Shown: positions 16,033 to 24,291 of the stretch, piece after piece
Numbering within the stretch: position 1 is the first letter of the stretch
How the letters are laid out: each line of letters starts with the position of its first letter
Source: a virus
Lineage: Duplodnaviria; Caudoviricetes
IMG/VR virus record: IMGVR_UViG_3300038679_000379
Span: 1 to 34,317 of that record
Direction: 5' to 3' (one strand)
DNA length: 34,317 nt
Translations under genes and position numbers: made by a program
Notes under the pieces: model-generated
What the model was told of the DNA's origin: nothing
The model's database searches: none
Seen by the model: the letters and a program-made list of their open reading frames with translations, nothing else

Positions 16033-18854
16033 GTCAGGTCCTGAACATGGCCCGAGCGGAGGCGCGCTCGGCGAAGGAGCTGCTGCAGACGATCGCGTCG
16101 CGGTCGTCGGATCCGGACTTCTTCGCGCGGCTGTCGTACCTGCCGAACCCCGACAAGATCCTGACGAAGCTGGGCGCGCGGGAAGCGGTGTACGACGACG
16201 TCGCGACGGACGCTCACGTGTTCGCGGTGGTGCAGCAGCGCAAGAGCGCCACGCTGCGCCTGCCCTGGGATGTCTCGGCGGCGTCGAACCGGCGAGCGGA
16301 CCGCAAGGCGGCGGACCTGTGTCGGGAGGTGCTGCAGGCGCTCGACCTGGAGCACCTCGTCGCGACGCTGCTGGACGCGCCGCTGTGGGGCCGGGCGTAC
16401 GGCGAGGTGCAATGGGAGTCGGACGGGGCGGAGATCCGCCCGACGGCCGTGCTGGACCGGCCGCAGCGCCGCTTCGTGTACACCCCGGACGGCGAGCTGC
16501 GCCTGCTGACGCGCGAGCAGCAGACCGACGGCGTGCCGGTCCCGGACCGCAAGATCCTCCAGGCGCGGCAGTGGCCGACGTACGACAACCCGTACGGGTG
16601 GGCCGCGCTCTCGCGTTGCTTCTGGCCGTGGACGTTCAAGCACAACTCCCAGAAGTTCTGGGTGATCCTGGCCGAAAAATTCGGGATCCCGTTCGTCTGG
16701 GGAAAGGTCGCGCGCGGCGCGAGCGACCAGGAGGTCGGTGCCCTCCTGGAGGCCCTCGGCAAGCTGCGGCAGGACGGCTTCGGCGTCGGTCCGAGCGACG
16801 GGTCCGTCGAGATCCTGGAGGCGAACGCCGCGTCGAAGGGCGAGCTGCACGCCTCGCTCTCAGCCGTCTGCAACGCGGAGATCAGCAAGGCGATCATCGG
16901 CCAGACGCTCACGTCCGAAGTAGGCCAGGCCGGGAGCTACGCGGCCAGCAAGACGCACGGAGAGGTGCGCAACGACATCGCCGAGGGCGATCAGCGCCTG
17001 GTGGCGAAAGCCATTGGCGCCCTGCTGCGGTGGACCACAGAGCTGAACGTCCCTTCGGCGACCGCGCCCACCTTCCTGTTCCTGCAGGAGGAGGACCGCG
17101 CCGAGTGGCTGAAGCTGATCGAGGGCGCCGTGAAGGTCGGGCTGCCCGTGAGCCGCGCGTTCGCGCACGAGAAGCTGCAGATCCCGGAGCCGGAGAAGGA
17201 CGAGGCGGTGCTGGCGCCCGCGCCGGAGTCGGGTCCGGCCGGTCCTCGGCCCGCCAGCGCGGACGACCCCAGCGGCGACATCGAGGCCAGCTACGCGGCG
17301 GATGACGAGCCCGGCGAACGGGCCCAGGCGGCGATCGACGCACTCGTTGCGCGGTCGCTGCCGGCATCGGTCGAGGCACTTGCTGCGGCGGGCGATGTGG
17401 CGCTGGCGGTCATCCTGAGCGCGCAGTCGTACGAGGGCCTGGACCTCGCGGTGCTGGAGTCGGCGCGGCAGATGGATCTGGCACCTATCGGCGAGGTGCT
17501 AGCCCGCGCCCTGCTCGTGGCGGATCTGAACGGTCGTTGGTCGGTAGCGCAGGAGGCGGGATCCGACTTCGCCGCAGACGGCTTCCTGTTCGAGCCGCTG
17601 CCGTTCGATGACGCGATCGCGTTTTTCAAGGACCGAATGGCGCTGCCCGCCAAGGTCGCGCAGGGGCTTCCGCGGGAGGCGCAGGACCGGGCGTTCTGGG
17701 TCGCCGGCGTGCAGGCCGAGGCAGTGGTGGGCGAGCTGCATGGTGCGGTGCTGAAGGCGCTGGAGAAGGGAACAACCCTGGCCGACTTCCAGCGCGAGGC
17801 CGCCGGGGTGCTGAAGAAGGCGGGGTTGTCCCCCGCGGGCCCGTACCAGTTGGAGACCGTCTACCGCAACCAGGTGCAGACGGCCTACAGCGTTGGCCGC
17901 TACCGCCAGATGACGGACCCGGCCGTTCTGAAGGCGCGCCCGTTCTGGCAGTACCGGACGGCCGGCGACGGCGACGTACGGCCGTCTCACGCCGCGCTCG
18001 AGGGGCGCGTGTTCCGGGCGGACGATCCCATCTGGGACCAGATCTACCCGCCGAACGGGCACCGCTGCCGCTGCCGCGTCGTGACGCTCAGCGCGCGCCA
18101 GATGGAGCGGCGCGGGCTCAAGGCGGAGCAGGGCGACAAGGTGCTGGGACAGACCGAGGAGCACGACGGCCAGATGGTCGTGGTCCGGCCGGACACGGGC
18201 TGGAACACGAACCCGGGCAAGTCGGCGTGGGGCGGGCTCGACCGGCATCGGATGGAGGAGCTGCGGGAGGAGCGCCGGCAGGCCGGGGACACGTCGAGCG
18301 AGTGGGAGGTGCTCGGAGAATCGCAGCCGGAACGCTACGGGCTCGACCCGAAGGCGGTAGCGCTGCGGCCGACGACGGCGCAGTTGATGCCCAAGCTGGA
18401 GTCGTTCGGCAACCTGCAGACCGACCGCGCGGGCACCCTGGACCGGGTGTGGAAGTCGCTCACGACTCGGGTCGGCGGCGACCCAGGCGCGCTCGATCTG
18501 TGGGTGACGGACGCGACGGGCGCGCGAGTGAACGTGAGCCGGCAACGCTTCCTGGAGCACGTGCTGGAGGACGAGGGCAAGGCCATGCAGCGGACGGAGC
18601 ACCTGCCATTGCTGGTCGAGACCTTGCGGAATCCGTCGGAGATCTGGCTCGTGCCGATGCGGTCGAAGCTCACCGGGATGCTCCGGCTGCGGCGGCAGTA
18701 CCTCTCCGCGTTCGAGATGGGGCAGGCGCGGCGACGGGAGTTGGTGGTCGTCGAGACGTCCGGTGGCGGCCTCGTCGGGTGGACGGGCTACCCGGCCCGT
18801 GAGTCGTTGCAGCGGAAGGCACGCGTGGGCGCGTTGCTGTGGCGGGCGCCGTGA
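16029..18854 (+). CDS. portal (gp29/DUF935) fused to MuF (gp30) head morphogenesis domain with a C-terminal PBECR2-like nuclease domain
   Basis: Portal: NPYGWAALSRCFWPW, EKFGIP, EISKAIIGQTLT; MuF: LPFDDAIAFF, WQYRTAGDGDVRPSHAAL, YPPNGHRCRCRV; tail: LLVETLRNPSEIWL...RRQYL...GWTGY; no internal stop. Confidence 0.88.
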   Translation: MSQVLNMARAEARSAKELLQTIASRSSDPDFFARLSYLPNPDKILTKLGAREAVYDDVATDAHVFAVVQQRKSATLRLPWDVSAASNRRADRKAADLCREVLQALDLEHLVATLLDAPLWGRAYGEVQWESDGAEIRPTAVLDRPQRRFVYTPDGELRLLTREQQTDGVPVPDRKILQARQWPTYDNPYGWAALSRCFWPWTFKHNSQKFWVILAEKFGIPFVWGKVARGASDQEVGALLEALGKLRQDGFGVGPSDGSVEILEANAASKGELHASLSAVCNAEISKAIIGQTLTSEVGQAGSYAASKTHGEVRNDIAEGDQRLVAKAIGALLRWTTELNVPSATAPTFLFLQEEDRAEWLKLIEGAVKVGLPVSRAFAHEKLQIPEPEKDEAVLAPAPESGPAGPRPASADDPSGDIEASYAADDEPGERAQAAIDALVARSLPASVEALAAAGDVALAVILSAQSYEGLDLAVLESARQMDLAPIGEVLARALLVADLNGRWSVAQEAGSDFAADGFLFEPLPFDDAIAFFKDRMALPAKVAQGLPREAQDRAFWVAGVQAEAVVGELHGAVLKALEKGTTLADFQREAAGVLKKAGLSPAGPYQLETVYRNQVQTAYSVGRYRQMTDPAVLKARPFWQYRTAGDGDVRPSHAALEGRVFRADDPIWDQIYPPNGHRCRCRVVTLSARQMERRGLKAEQGDKVLGQTEEHDGQMVVVRPDTGWNTNPGKSAWGGLDRHRMEELREERRQAGDTSSEWEVLGESQPERYGLDPKAVALRPTTAQLMPKLESFGNLQTDRAGTLDRVWKSLTTRVGGDPGALDLWVTDATGARVNVSRQRFLEHVLEDEGKAMQRTEHLPLLVETLRNPSEIWLVPMRSKLTGMLRLRRQYLSAFEMGQARRRELVVVETSGGGLVGWTGYPARESLQRKARVGALLWRAP

Positions 18855-18929
18855 AGCATGCCGGGCCGCCCCCTGACGACGCGGCAACGACTGAGAAGCA
18901 TGGCGGTCAGGGCGCGCTTCGCAGCCGCT
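18853..18929 (-). ncRNA. candidate structured antisense small RNA
   Basis: Directly downstream of a near-consensus promoter; CCCTGAC/GTCAGGG stem; CATGCTTC twice, 42 nt apart. Confidence 0.35.
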
Positions 18930-18935
18930 GACACA

Positions 18936-18965
18936 AGTATACGGCGCGCCAGCGAGGAGATTCAA
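18936..18965 (-). promoter_or_regulatory. antisense sigma70-like promoter TTGAAT-N18-TATACT
   Basis: -35 at 18965-18960, -10 at 18941-18936; AT-rich hexamers stand out in the GC-rich background. Confidence 0.6.
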
Positions 18966-18966
18966 G

Positions 18967-19935
18967 GTGGAGTGGTTCGAGGTATTTCGCGCGGGCACGT
19001 ACCCCCAGGGCGACGTCTCGGCCGAGCAGGTGGACGAGATCGCGCGGAGCTACGATCCCGCGTTCCGCGAGGCGCCGGTGGTCGTCGGTCACCCGAAGAA
19101 CGACGACCCGGCGTTCGGCTGGGTGGAGGCGGTGAGGGCACGGGCGGGCGTGCTGCTCGTGAGGTTTCGGCAGCTCGTGCCGGAGTTCGTCCAGGCCGTG
19201 CAGTCCGGGCTCTACAAGAAGGTGTCGGTGCGGCTCCAGCACACGCCGGAGCGCGGCTGGTACCTGTGGCACGTGGGGTTCCTGGGTGCCGCCCAGCCCG
19301 CCGTGGCGGGCCTGGCGCCCATCAAGTTCGAGGACATCGGCGGCGAAGGTCTCGACGCCGAGATGGAGTTCACGGCCGCCGGGTGCGGCGATGGGGGTTC
19401 GGCGATGACGGACGCGGAGAAGAAGGCGGCCGAGCTGGAGGAGCGGCTGAAGGCGGCCGAGGCGAAGCTCGAGCAGCAGCAGCAGGAGTTCACGGCCCAG
19501 CTCGTCGTGGAGCGCCGGGCGCGTGCCCTCGCCAGCGTCAAGGCCGACCTGGCGGCGCGCGTGAAGGACGGCAAGCTCGCGCCGGCGCTGCTGTCCGGCC
19601 TGGCGGAGTTCGTGGTCGCGCTGCCGGACGGCGACAGCCAGGCGATCGAGTTCACGGCGGAGGACGGCAAGACGGAGAAGAAGGCGCCGCGGGCGATCTT
19701 CCTGTCGTTCCTCGATCGGCTGCCGACGGTCGTGCAGTTCGGCGCGGTCGCGGGCCGCGAGAGCGACCCCGGCGCGCAGCCGCGCTCGGCGGAGTTCGCG
19801 GAGCTGGACCTGGAGGGACAGACCGTGGACGAGGAGGCGGCCGTGCTGCACCGGAAGGTGCTGGCCTACCAGGACAAGCACGCCGGCGTCACGTACGGCG
19901 CGGCGGTCAAGGCGGTGCTGGCCGGCAAGCGCTGA
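18967..19935 (+). CDS. Mu gpI-like prohead protease with C-terminal scaffold
   Basis: WFEVFRAGTY...EAPVVVGHPK...PAFGWV...YKKVSV...HVGFLGAAQPAVAGL; C-terminal coiled coil; possible internal start at ATG 19405. Confidence 0.88.
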   Translation: MEWFEVFRAGTYPQGDVSAEQVDEIARSYDPAFREAPVVVGHPKNDDPAFGWVEAVRARAGVLLVRFRQLVPEFVQAVQSGLYKKVSVRLQHTPERGWYLWHVGFLGAAQPAVAGLAPIKFEDIGGEGLDAEMEFTAAGCGDGGSAMTDAEKKAAELEERLKAAEAKLEQQQQEFTAQLVVERRARALASVKADLAARVKDGKLAPALLSGLAEFVVALPDGDSQAIEFTAEDGKTEKKAPRAIFLSFLDRLPTVVQFGAVAGRESDPGAQPRSAEFAELDLEGQTVDEEAAVLHRKVLAYQDKHAGVTYGAAVKAVLAGKR

Positions 19936-20012
19936 GCACGGGCGGCGCCGGGCGTCCGGCGTGAGGCAGGGGTTCGCACGAACGGCCGGGGGACCGGCAG
20001 GAGCTGAGGGAC

Positions 20013-21329
20013 ATGGGATACACCGAGGTGCTGACCCGGTCGGTCGTCGCGAGCGGCGCCCTCACGGGCAAGCGGTTCGTCGGGCTCGACGGGGCGGTGG
20101 CGGGCCTGGGCGCGCGCGCCCAGGGCGTGGCGCTGTTCGACTGCGACGACACCAAGACGGCGTCGGTCATCGCGCTGGGCTCGGCGATCGTCGAGGCGGG
20201 CGGCGCGTTCGAGGCCGGGAGCCTGCTCGAGGTGGGCGCGAGCGGCAAGGCCGTGGACGCCCGCAACGGCCATGTCGTCGCGAGGGCGCTCGAGACGTCG
20301 TCGGGCGACGGCGTCGAGGTCGAGATCCTCGTGCTCGAGCCGACGGCCGTGGACATCGCCGAGCTGGCCGCGGGCGGCGCGGTCGTCGCGCGCCGGTTCG
20401 TGACGGCGGAGGGCGAGCAGGCGGTCGCCGGCGCGCGGGTGCTGGGCGTGGCGGTCCACGCGGCCGCCGAGGAGGGGGACCTCCTGGTGCAGACAGGCGC
20501 TGTCGCGTACGTCGATGCGGGCGCGGCCGTGGAGGCCGGCGCCGTCCTCGAGTCCGACGCCCTCGGCCGCGCCGTGACGCTCGTCAACGGGCACCCCGCG
20601 GCGGTCGCGCTCGAGGCGGCGGCGCAGGCGGGCGACGTCATCGCGGTGCGGCTGCTGGCGCCGAGCACCGAGCCGGTCATCGAGATGACGGCCGGGGTCG
20701 GCGGCCTGACCGCGGGGCGCTTCGCGCAGGCGGACGGGACGCTGCCGGCGGCGGGCGAGGCGGTGGCCGGCGTGTCGGTTTCCACGGCGCTGGCCACCGG
20801 GGACACGATGGTCCGCGTCGGCGGCATCGCCCGGGTGGTGGCCGGCGCGGCGGTCGCGGCCGGCGCGGTCGTGGAATCCGCCGCGGACGGCAAGGCCATC
20901 CCGCACCAGAACGGGGTGCCCGCGGGCGTGGCCCTCGACGCGGCCGAGCAGGCCAACGACGTCATCCGCGTCCAGCTCCTGCCCTCGACGGCGGCCCCGG
21001 TCGTGAGCCTGGTGGCCGGCGCCGGCGGGCTCACGGCCAAGCTGTTCGCCCAGGCGGACGGCACGCTCGCGGGCGCGGGCGAGGCGGCGATCGGCGTGGC
21101 GGTCAACAGCGCGGCGCAGGCCGCGGCGGCGCGCGTCCGGACGGGCGGCATCGCGTACGTCGTGGCCGGCGCCGGCATCACGGCTGGCGCGGCGGTCCAG
21201 TCGGACGTCGCGAGCAAGGCCGTCACGGCGACGACGGGCGAGCGGCTGGGCCAGGCGATCGACGCGGCGGCGCAGGCCAACGACGTCATCCGCATCCAGC
21301 TCGGCGCGTTCGGCATCGCGCCGACCTGA
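20013..21329 (+). CDS. capsid cement/decoration protein with four tandem DUF2190-like domains
   Basis: Four ~108-aa units, each RF...G..A.GV...G.A.V.AG.A..AG...ES.A.GKA...ALE/DAA...DVI; located between protease and capsid. Confidence 0.8.
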   Translation: MGYTEVLTRSVVASGALTGKRFVGLDGAVAGLGARAQGVALFDCDDTKTASVIALGSAIVEAGGAFEAGSLLEVGASGKAVDARNGHVVARALETSSGDGVEVEILVLEPTAVDIAELAAGGAVVARRFVTAEGEQAVAGARVLGVAVHAAAEEGDLLVQTGAVAYVDAGAAVEAGAVLESDALGRAVTLVNGHPAAVALEAAAQAGDVIAVRLLAPSTEPVIEMTAGVGGLTAGRFAQADGTLPAAGEAVAGVSVSTALATGDTMVRVGGIARVVAGAAVAAGAVVESAADGKAIPHQNGVPAGVALDAAEQANDVIRVQLLPSTAAPVVSLVAGAGGLTAKLFAQADGTLAGAGEAAIGVAVNSAAQAAAARVRTGGIAYVVAGAGITAGAAVQSDVASKAVTATTGERLGQAIDAAAQANDVIRIQLGAFGIAPT

Positions 21330-21334
21330 TGACT

Positions 21335-21363
21335 GGGCCGCGGCCGGAGGTCGGCCGCGGCCC
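21335..21363. other. perfect 12-bp hairpin upstream of the capsid gene
   Basis: GGGCCGCGGCCG-GAGGT-CGGCCGCGGCCC. Confidence 0.55.
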
Positions 21364-21425
21364 GAGTCTCCGTAGGGCAGCACGACACACGGGCCGCGGG
21401 CCCGGAGACGAGTGAGGAGGCAGAC

Positions 21426-22349
21426 ATGGCCGGCAGGCTGGCGACGCTCCGGGTGGTCGACCCGATCCTGAGCAACATGGCGATCGGGTACCAGAACGCG
21501 GAGCTGATCGGGGCGAAGCTGTTCCCGTTCGTGCAGGTCGAGAAGGCCGGGGCGAAGGTCCCGGTGTTCGGCAAGGAGGCGTTCCGGGTCGAGAACACGA
21601 AGCGCGCGCTGCGCGCCGAGCGGGCGCGGGTCGATCACAACACCGACTCCATGACGGTCGACCTGGAGGAGCACTCGCTGGAGGGCGCGGTCGACACCGT
21701 CGAGTCGGAGGAAGCCTGGTACGACATCGCCGAGGCGTCGCAGCGGGTCGTGCAGGACAAGCTGGCGCTCGAGCTGGAGGACGAGGTGGCGACGCTGGCG
21801 CTCGCGGCCGCGAACTACGGCGGCGGGAACAAGAACACGGCGCTGACGGGCAACACGCTGTGGTCGGCGTCGCACGACGACTCGAAGCCGGTCGACAACA
21901 TCGAGACGGGGGCCGAGGCCATCCGCGCGAAGATCGGGCGCCGCCCGAACACGCTGGTCATGGGGCCGGCGGTGTGGGCGAAGCTGAAGCATCACGCGCA
22001 GCTCCGCGCGATCCTCGGCGCGAGCGACCTGAAGGTCATCACGTTCGAGCACGTGCTGAGCGTCTTTGCGCCCTGGCTGAAGACGGTGCTGGTGGGCGAG
22101 GGCGTGAAGCTGAGCGGCGCGGTGCTCGGCGACGTGTGGGGCAAGCACGCCCTGCTGGCGTACGTGCCGGAGACGCCGGGGCGAGGGGTGCCCGCGTTCG
22201 GCTACACGTTCCGCAAGAAGGGCCGGCCCACGACGTCGAAGTACCGCGACGAGCGGCGCAACTCCGACATCATCGTGGTCGAGGACTTCTACAAGCCGTA
22301 CCACACGCTCGCCGAGGCGGGCTACCTGATCACGAACGCGGTGGCGTGA
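21426..22349 (+). CDS. major capsid protein
   Basis: GAGGAGG SD; VDPILSNMAIGY...LFPFVQV...FGKEAF...IGRRPNTLVMG...PAFGYTF...AGYLITNAV. Confidence 0.9.
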   Translation: MAGRLATLRVVDPILSNMAIGYQNAELIGAKLFPFVQVEKAGAKVPVFGKEAFRVENTKRALRAERARVDHNTDSMTVDLEEHSLEGAVDTVESEEAWYDIAEASQRVVQDKLALELEDEVATLALAAANYGGGNKNTALTGNTLWSASHDDSKPVDNIETGAEAIRAKIGRRPNTLVMGPAVWAKLKHHAQLRAILGASDLKVITFEHVLSVFAPWLKTVLVGEGVKLSGAVLGDVWGKHALLAYVPETPGRGVPAFGYTFRKKGRPTTSKYRDERRNSDIIVVEDFYKPYHTLAEAGYLITNAVA

Positions 22350-22358
22350 TCGGCGGCA

Positions 22359-22397
22359 GGCGGCCAGGGCGCCCCCAGGACGGGGCGCCCGGCCGTC
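22359..22397 (+). terminator. hairpin after the capsid gene
   Basis: GGGCGCCCC/GGGGCGCCC core extended by GGCGGCC/GGCCGTC; no poly-U tail. Confidence 0.5.
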
Positions 22398-22434
22398 GGG
22401 CCGTGGGGTTCGGGTTCGGGTGCTCTGGACGGTT

Positions 22435-22463
22435 TTGAACGGCGTTTGAACGCGATTGAACGC
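22435..22463 (+). repeat. three TTGAACG direct repeats
   Basis: TTGAAC at 22435, 22446, 22456 (11 and 10 nt spacing). Confidence 0.6.
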
Positions 22464-22494
22464 CCGCCCGAAGGGCGGCGAGGGGTTGGTAGCG

Positions 22495-22935
22495 ATGGCC
22501 CTCTACTGCACCCGCGACGACATCCTCAAACAGGTGCGGCCGGACGTGCTCCGCGAGCTGGCGGACGACGACCTGGATGGCACCGAGGACGCGGGCGTCG
22601 TGGACGGTGCGATCGAGACGGCCTCCGACGTGATCGACGGGTACTGCCAGCCGCGCTACCCGGTGCCGTTCGCCCCGATCCCGGGCGTGGTGCGGCGGAT
22701 CGCGGTCGACCTGGCCGCCTACAACCTCTTCGCCCGCCGGGGCTTCAACGAGCAGTCGGCGGACAAGGCGGTGGTGGATCGATACAAGGCAGCCATCCGG
22801 CTGCTCGAGCGCATCCAGGAGGGGAAGGCGGCGATCGGGGTCGGCACGATGTCCGAGCCGTCCGCGCCTCCGGCGCCGGTCCGCGTGAAGAGCCGGCCGC
22901 AGATCTACACCGACGAGCTGCTGGAGCGGTTCTGA
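22495..22935 (+). CDS. Mu gp36-like head-tail adaptor (DUF1320)
   Basis: YCTRDDI...ASDVIDGYCQPRYPVP...DLAAYNLF...RYKAAIRLLERIQEGK. Confidence 0.9.
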   Translation: MALYCTRDDILKQVRPDVLRELADDDLDGTEDAGVVDGAIETASDVIDGYCQPRYPVPFAPIPGVVRRIAVDLAAYNLFARRGFNEQSADKAVVDRYKAAIRLLERIQEGKAAIGVGTMSEPSAPPAPVRVKSRPQIYTDELLERF

Positions 22936-23474
22936 TGGCGGGGTTCCAGACCAGCCGCGACGGCGGGATGTTCCTCCAGGGCGACGACCGGGCGTTCGCG
23001 GCCGGGCTCGCGGCCGCGGGCCGGATCGACTTCCAGGCGGTCCACAAGGAGATGGGCGAGGCCATCTTGGAGGCGACGGATCGCCACTTCCAGGCGGAGC
23101 AGGGACCTGATGGGCCGTGGCCGGTCAGCGGCGCGGCGTTCATGCGCAGCTTCACCGGGAAGACAGACCGGCAGGGGTTCCACCGGACGAAGAAGAAGCC
23201 GGGTCGGACGCTGTACCGCACGGGCGAGCTGATGCGGTCCATCAACTACAAGGCCACGGCGGAGCGCGTGGCCGTCGGGACGAACAAGATCTACGCGGCG
23301 ATCCATCAGTTCGGCGGGGAGACGGGCGCGAAGCGGGCGCGGTTCACGATGCCGGCGCGCCCCTACCTCTATATCGAGGGCGACGCCGATCTCATGCAGG
23401 AGCTGAAGGATATCACGTTCGAGACGGTGGAGAAGCCGATCGAGGACGCGCGGCGCGGTGGGGGACAGTCGTGA
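22935..23474 (+). CDS. virion morphogenesis protein (Mu gpG / P2 gpS family)
   Basis: FQAEQGPDGPW...TGELMRSI...VGTNKIYAAIHQFGG...MPARPYL. Confidence 0.9.
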   Translation: MAGFQTSRDGGMFLQGDDRAFAAGLAAAGRIDFQAVHKEMGEAILEATDRHFQAEQGPDGPWPVSGAAFMRSFTGKTDRQGFHRTKKKPGRTLYRTGELMRSINYKATAERVAVGTNKIYAAIHQFGGETGAKRARFTMPARPYLYIEGDADLMQELKDITFETVEKPIEDARRGGGQS

Positions 23475-23965
23475 TCGGGGCCTGCAAGGAGCGCGTGCGG
23501 AGCATCCTGGCGGGGCTGACGCCGCCGGTGCCGCCCACGTCCCTGTTCCTGAGCAAGGACGGGGACGCCGCGCAGTGCGCGCTGCCGAAGGTCGTCATGC
23601 TGACCGGCCGGGACGAGACGAAGCCGGACGGCATGCTGGTCGCGATCGAGACGGACGCGAAGGTCCGGCGCTACGTGACCCGGCGGGCGATCCGCCGCCT
23701 GCAGCTCGGCATCTTCATCTACCACCGCACCGAGGAGGAAGCCGAGGTGCTGCTCCAGGCGGTGGTGGCGGGACTGCTGGACGGGCTGGTGGCCGACGGT
23801 CGGCCGGTGACGGGCTGGACGTCGGACACGCAGTGGGTCGACGAGGCGTCGTGGTCGCGCAGGGAAGCGATGGCGAAGGCGGGGATCGACCTGGTAGGCG
23901 GGGTGTACCGGACTCGGACGGTGCCGCTGCTGACGGACATCGCGGTGCAGGGGGAGGTCATCTGA
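23471..23965 (+). CDS. putative tail completion/terminator protein
   Basis: GTGA overlap; position between neck genes and sheath. Confidence 0.55.
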   Translation: MIGACKERVRSILAGLTPPVPPTSLFLSKDGDAAQCALPKVVMLTGRDETKPDGMLVAIETDAKVRRYVTRRAIRRLQLGIFIYHRTEEEAEVLLQAVVAGLLDGLVADGRPVTGWTSDTQWVDEASWSRREAMAKAGIDLVGGVYRTRTVPLLTDIAVQGEVI

Positions 23966-23967
23966 CG

Positions 23968-24216
23968 ATGGCGAAGAAGACGGACGAGACGGCCGCGGTG
24001 GCGGCCGCCATCCCGGCGGCAGCGCCGGCCGGCGTGTCGCAGAACCCGACGATCGAGGAGCACGCGAAGACCCTGGACGTGCCGGGCTGGCAGCTCGAAG
24101 GGCTGAAGCGGCTGAAGCGCTGGGGCGACGGGAAGCGGGTGCCGTTCGCGGAGTTCGCGGGCGAGCTGAACCGCTGGCTGAACGGTCGGATGGACCAGCG
24201 CCGGGCGCGCGGCTGA
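23968..24216 (+). CDS. small hypothetical protein upstream of sheath
   Basis: GGGGAGG upstream; MAKKTDE... Confidence 0.65.
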   Translation: MAKKTDETAAVAAAIPAAAPAGVSQNPTIEEHAKTLDVPGWQLEGLKRLKRWGDGKRVPFAEFAGELNRWLNGRMDQRRARG

Positions 24217-24291
24217 AGGGCGGCCGCGGCGGGCTGAGGGTGACGCCACGCCCCTCGAGGGGGACGGGCGCTGACGAGGGGAGGGCTGATC

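Noticed and set aside
18788-18901. Short minus-strand ORF (MLLSRCRVV..., about 37 aa) as a protein immunity gene
   Set aside because: No SD, very short, overlaps the nuclease domain; an RNA product seems more likely, though a peptide is not excluded
19866-22304. Long minus-strand ORFs (also 3015..4883, 8703..10760, 23719..25464, 26639..28591, 17499..18998)
   Set aside because: Antisense shadows expected at this GC content; no motifs or SD, and they lie opposite well-supported genes
22935-23474. gpG-like gene placed after gp36 rather than after MuF
   Set aside because: A rearrangement I recall in other Mu-like phages; not novel by itself
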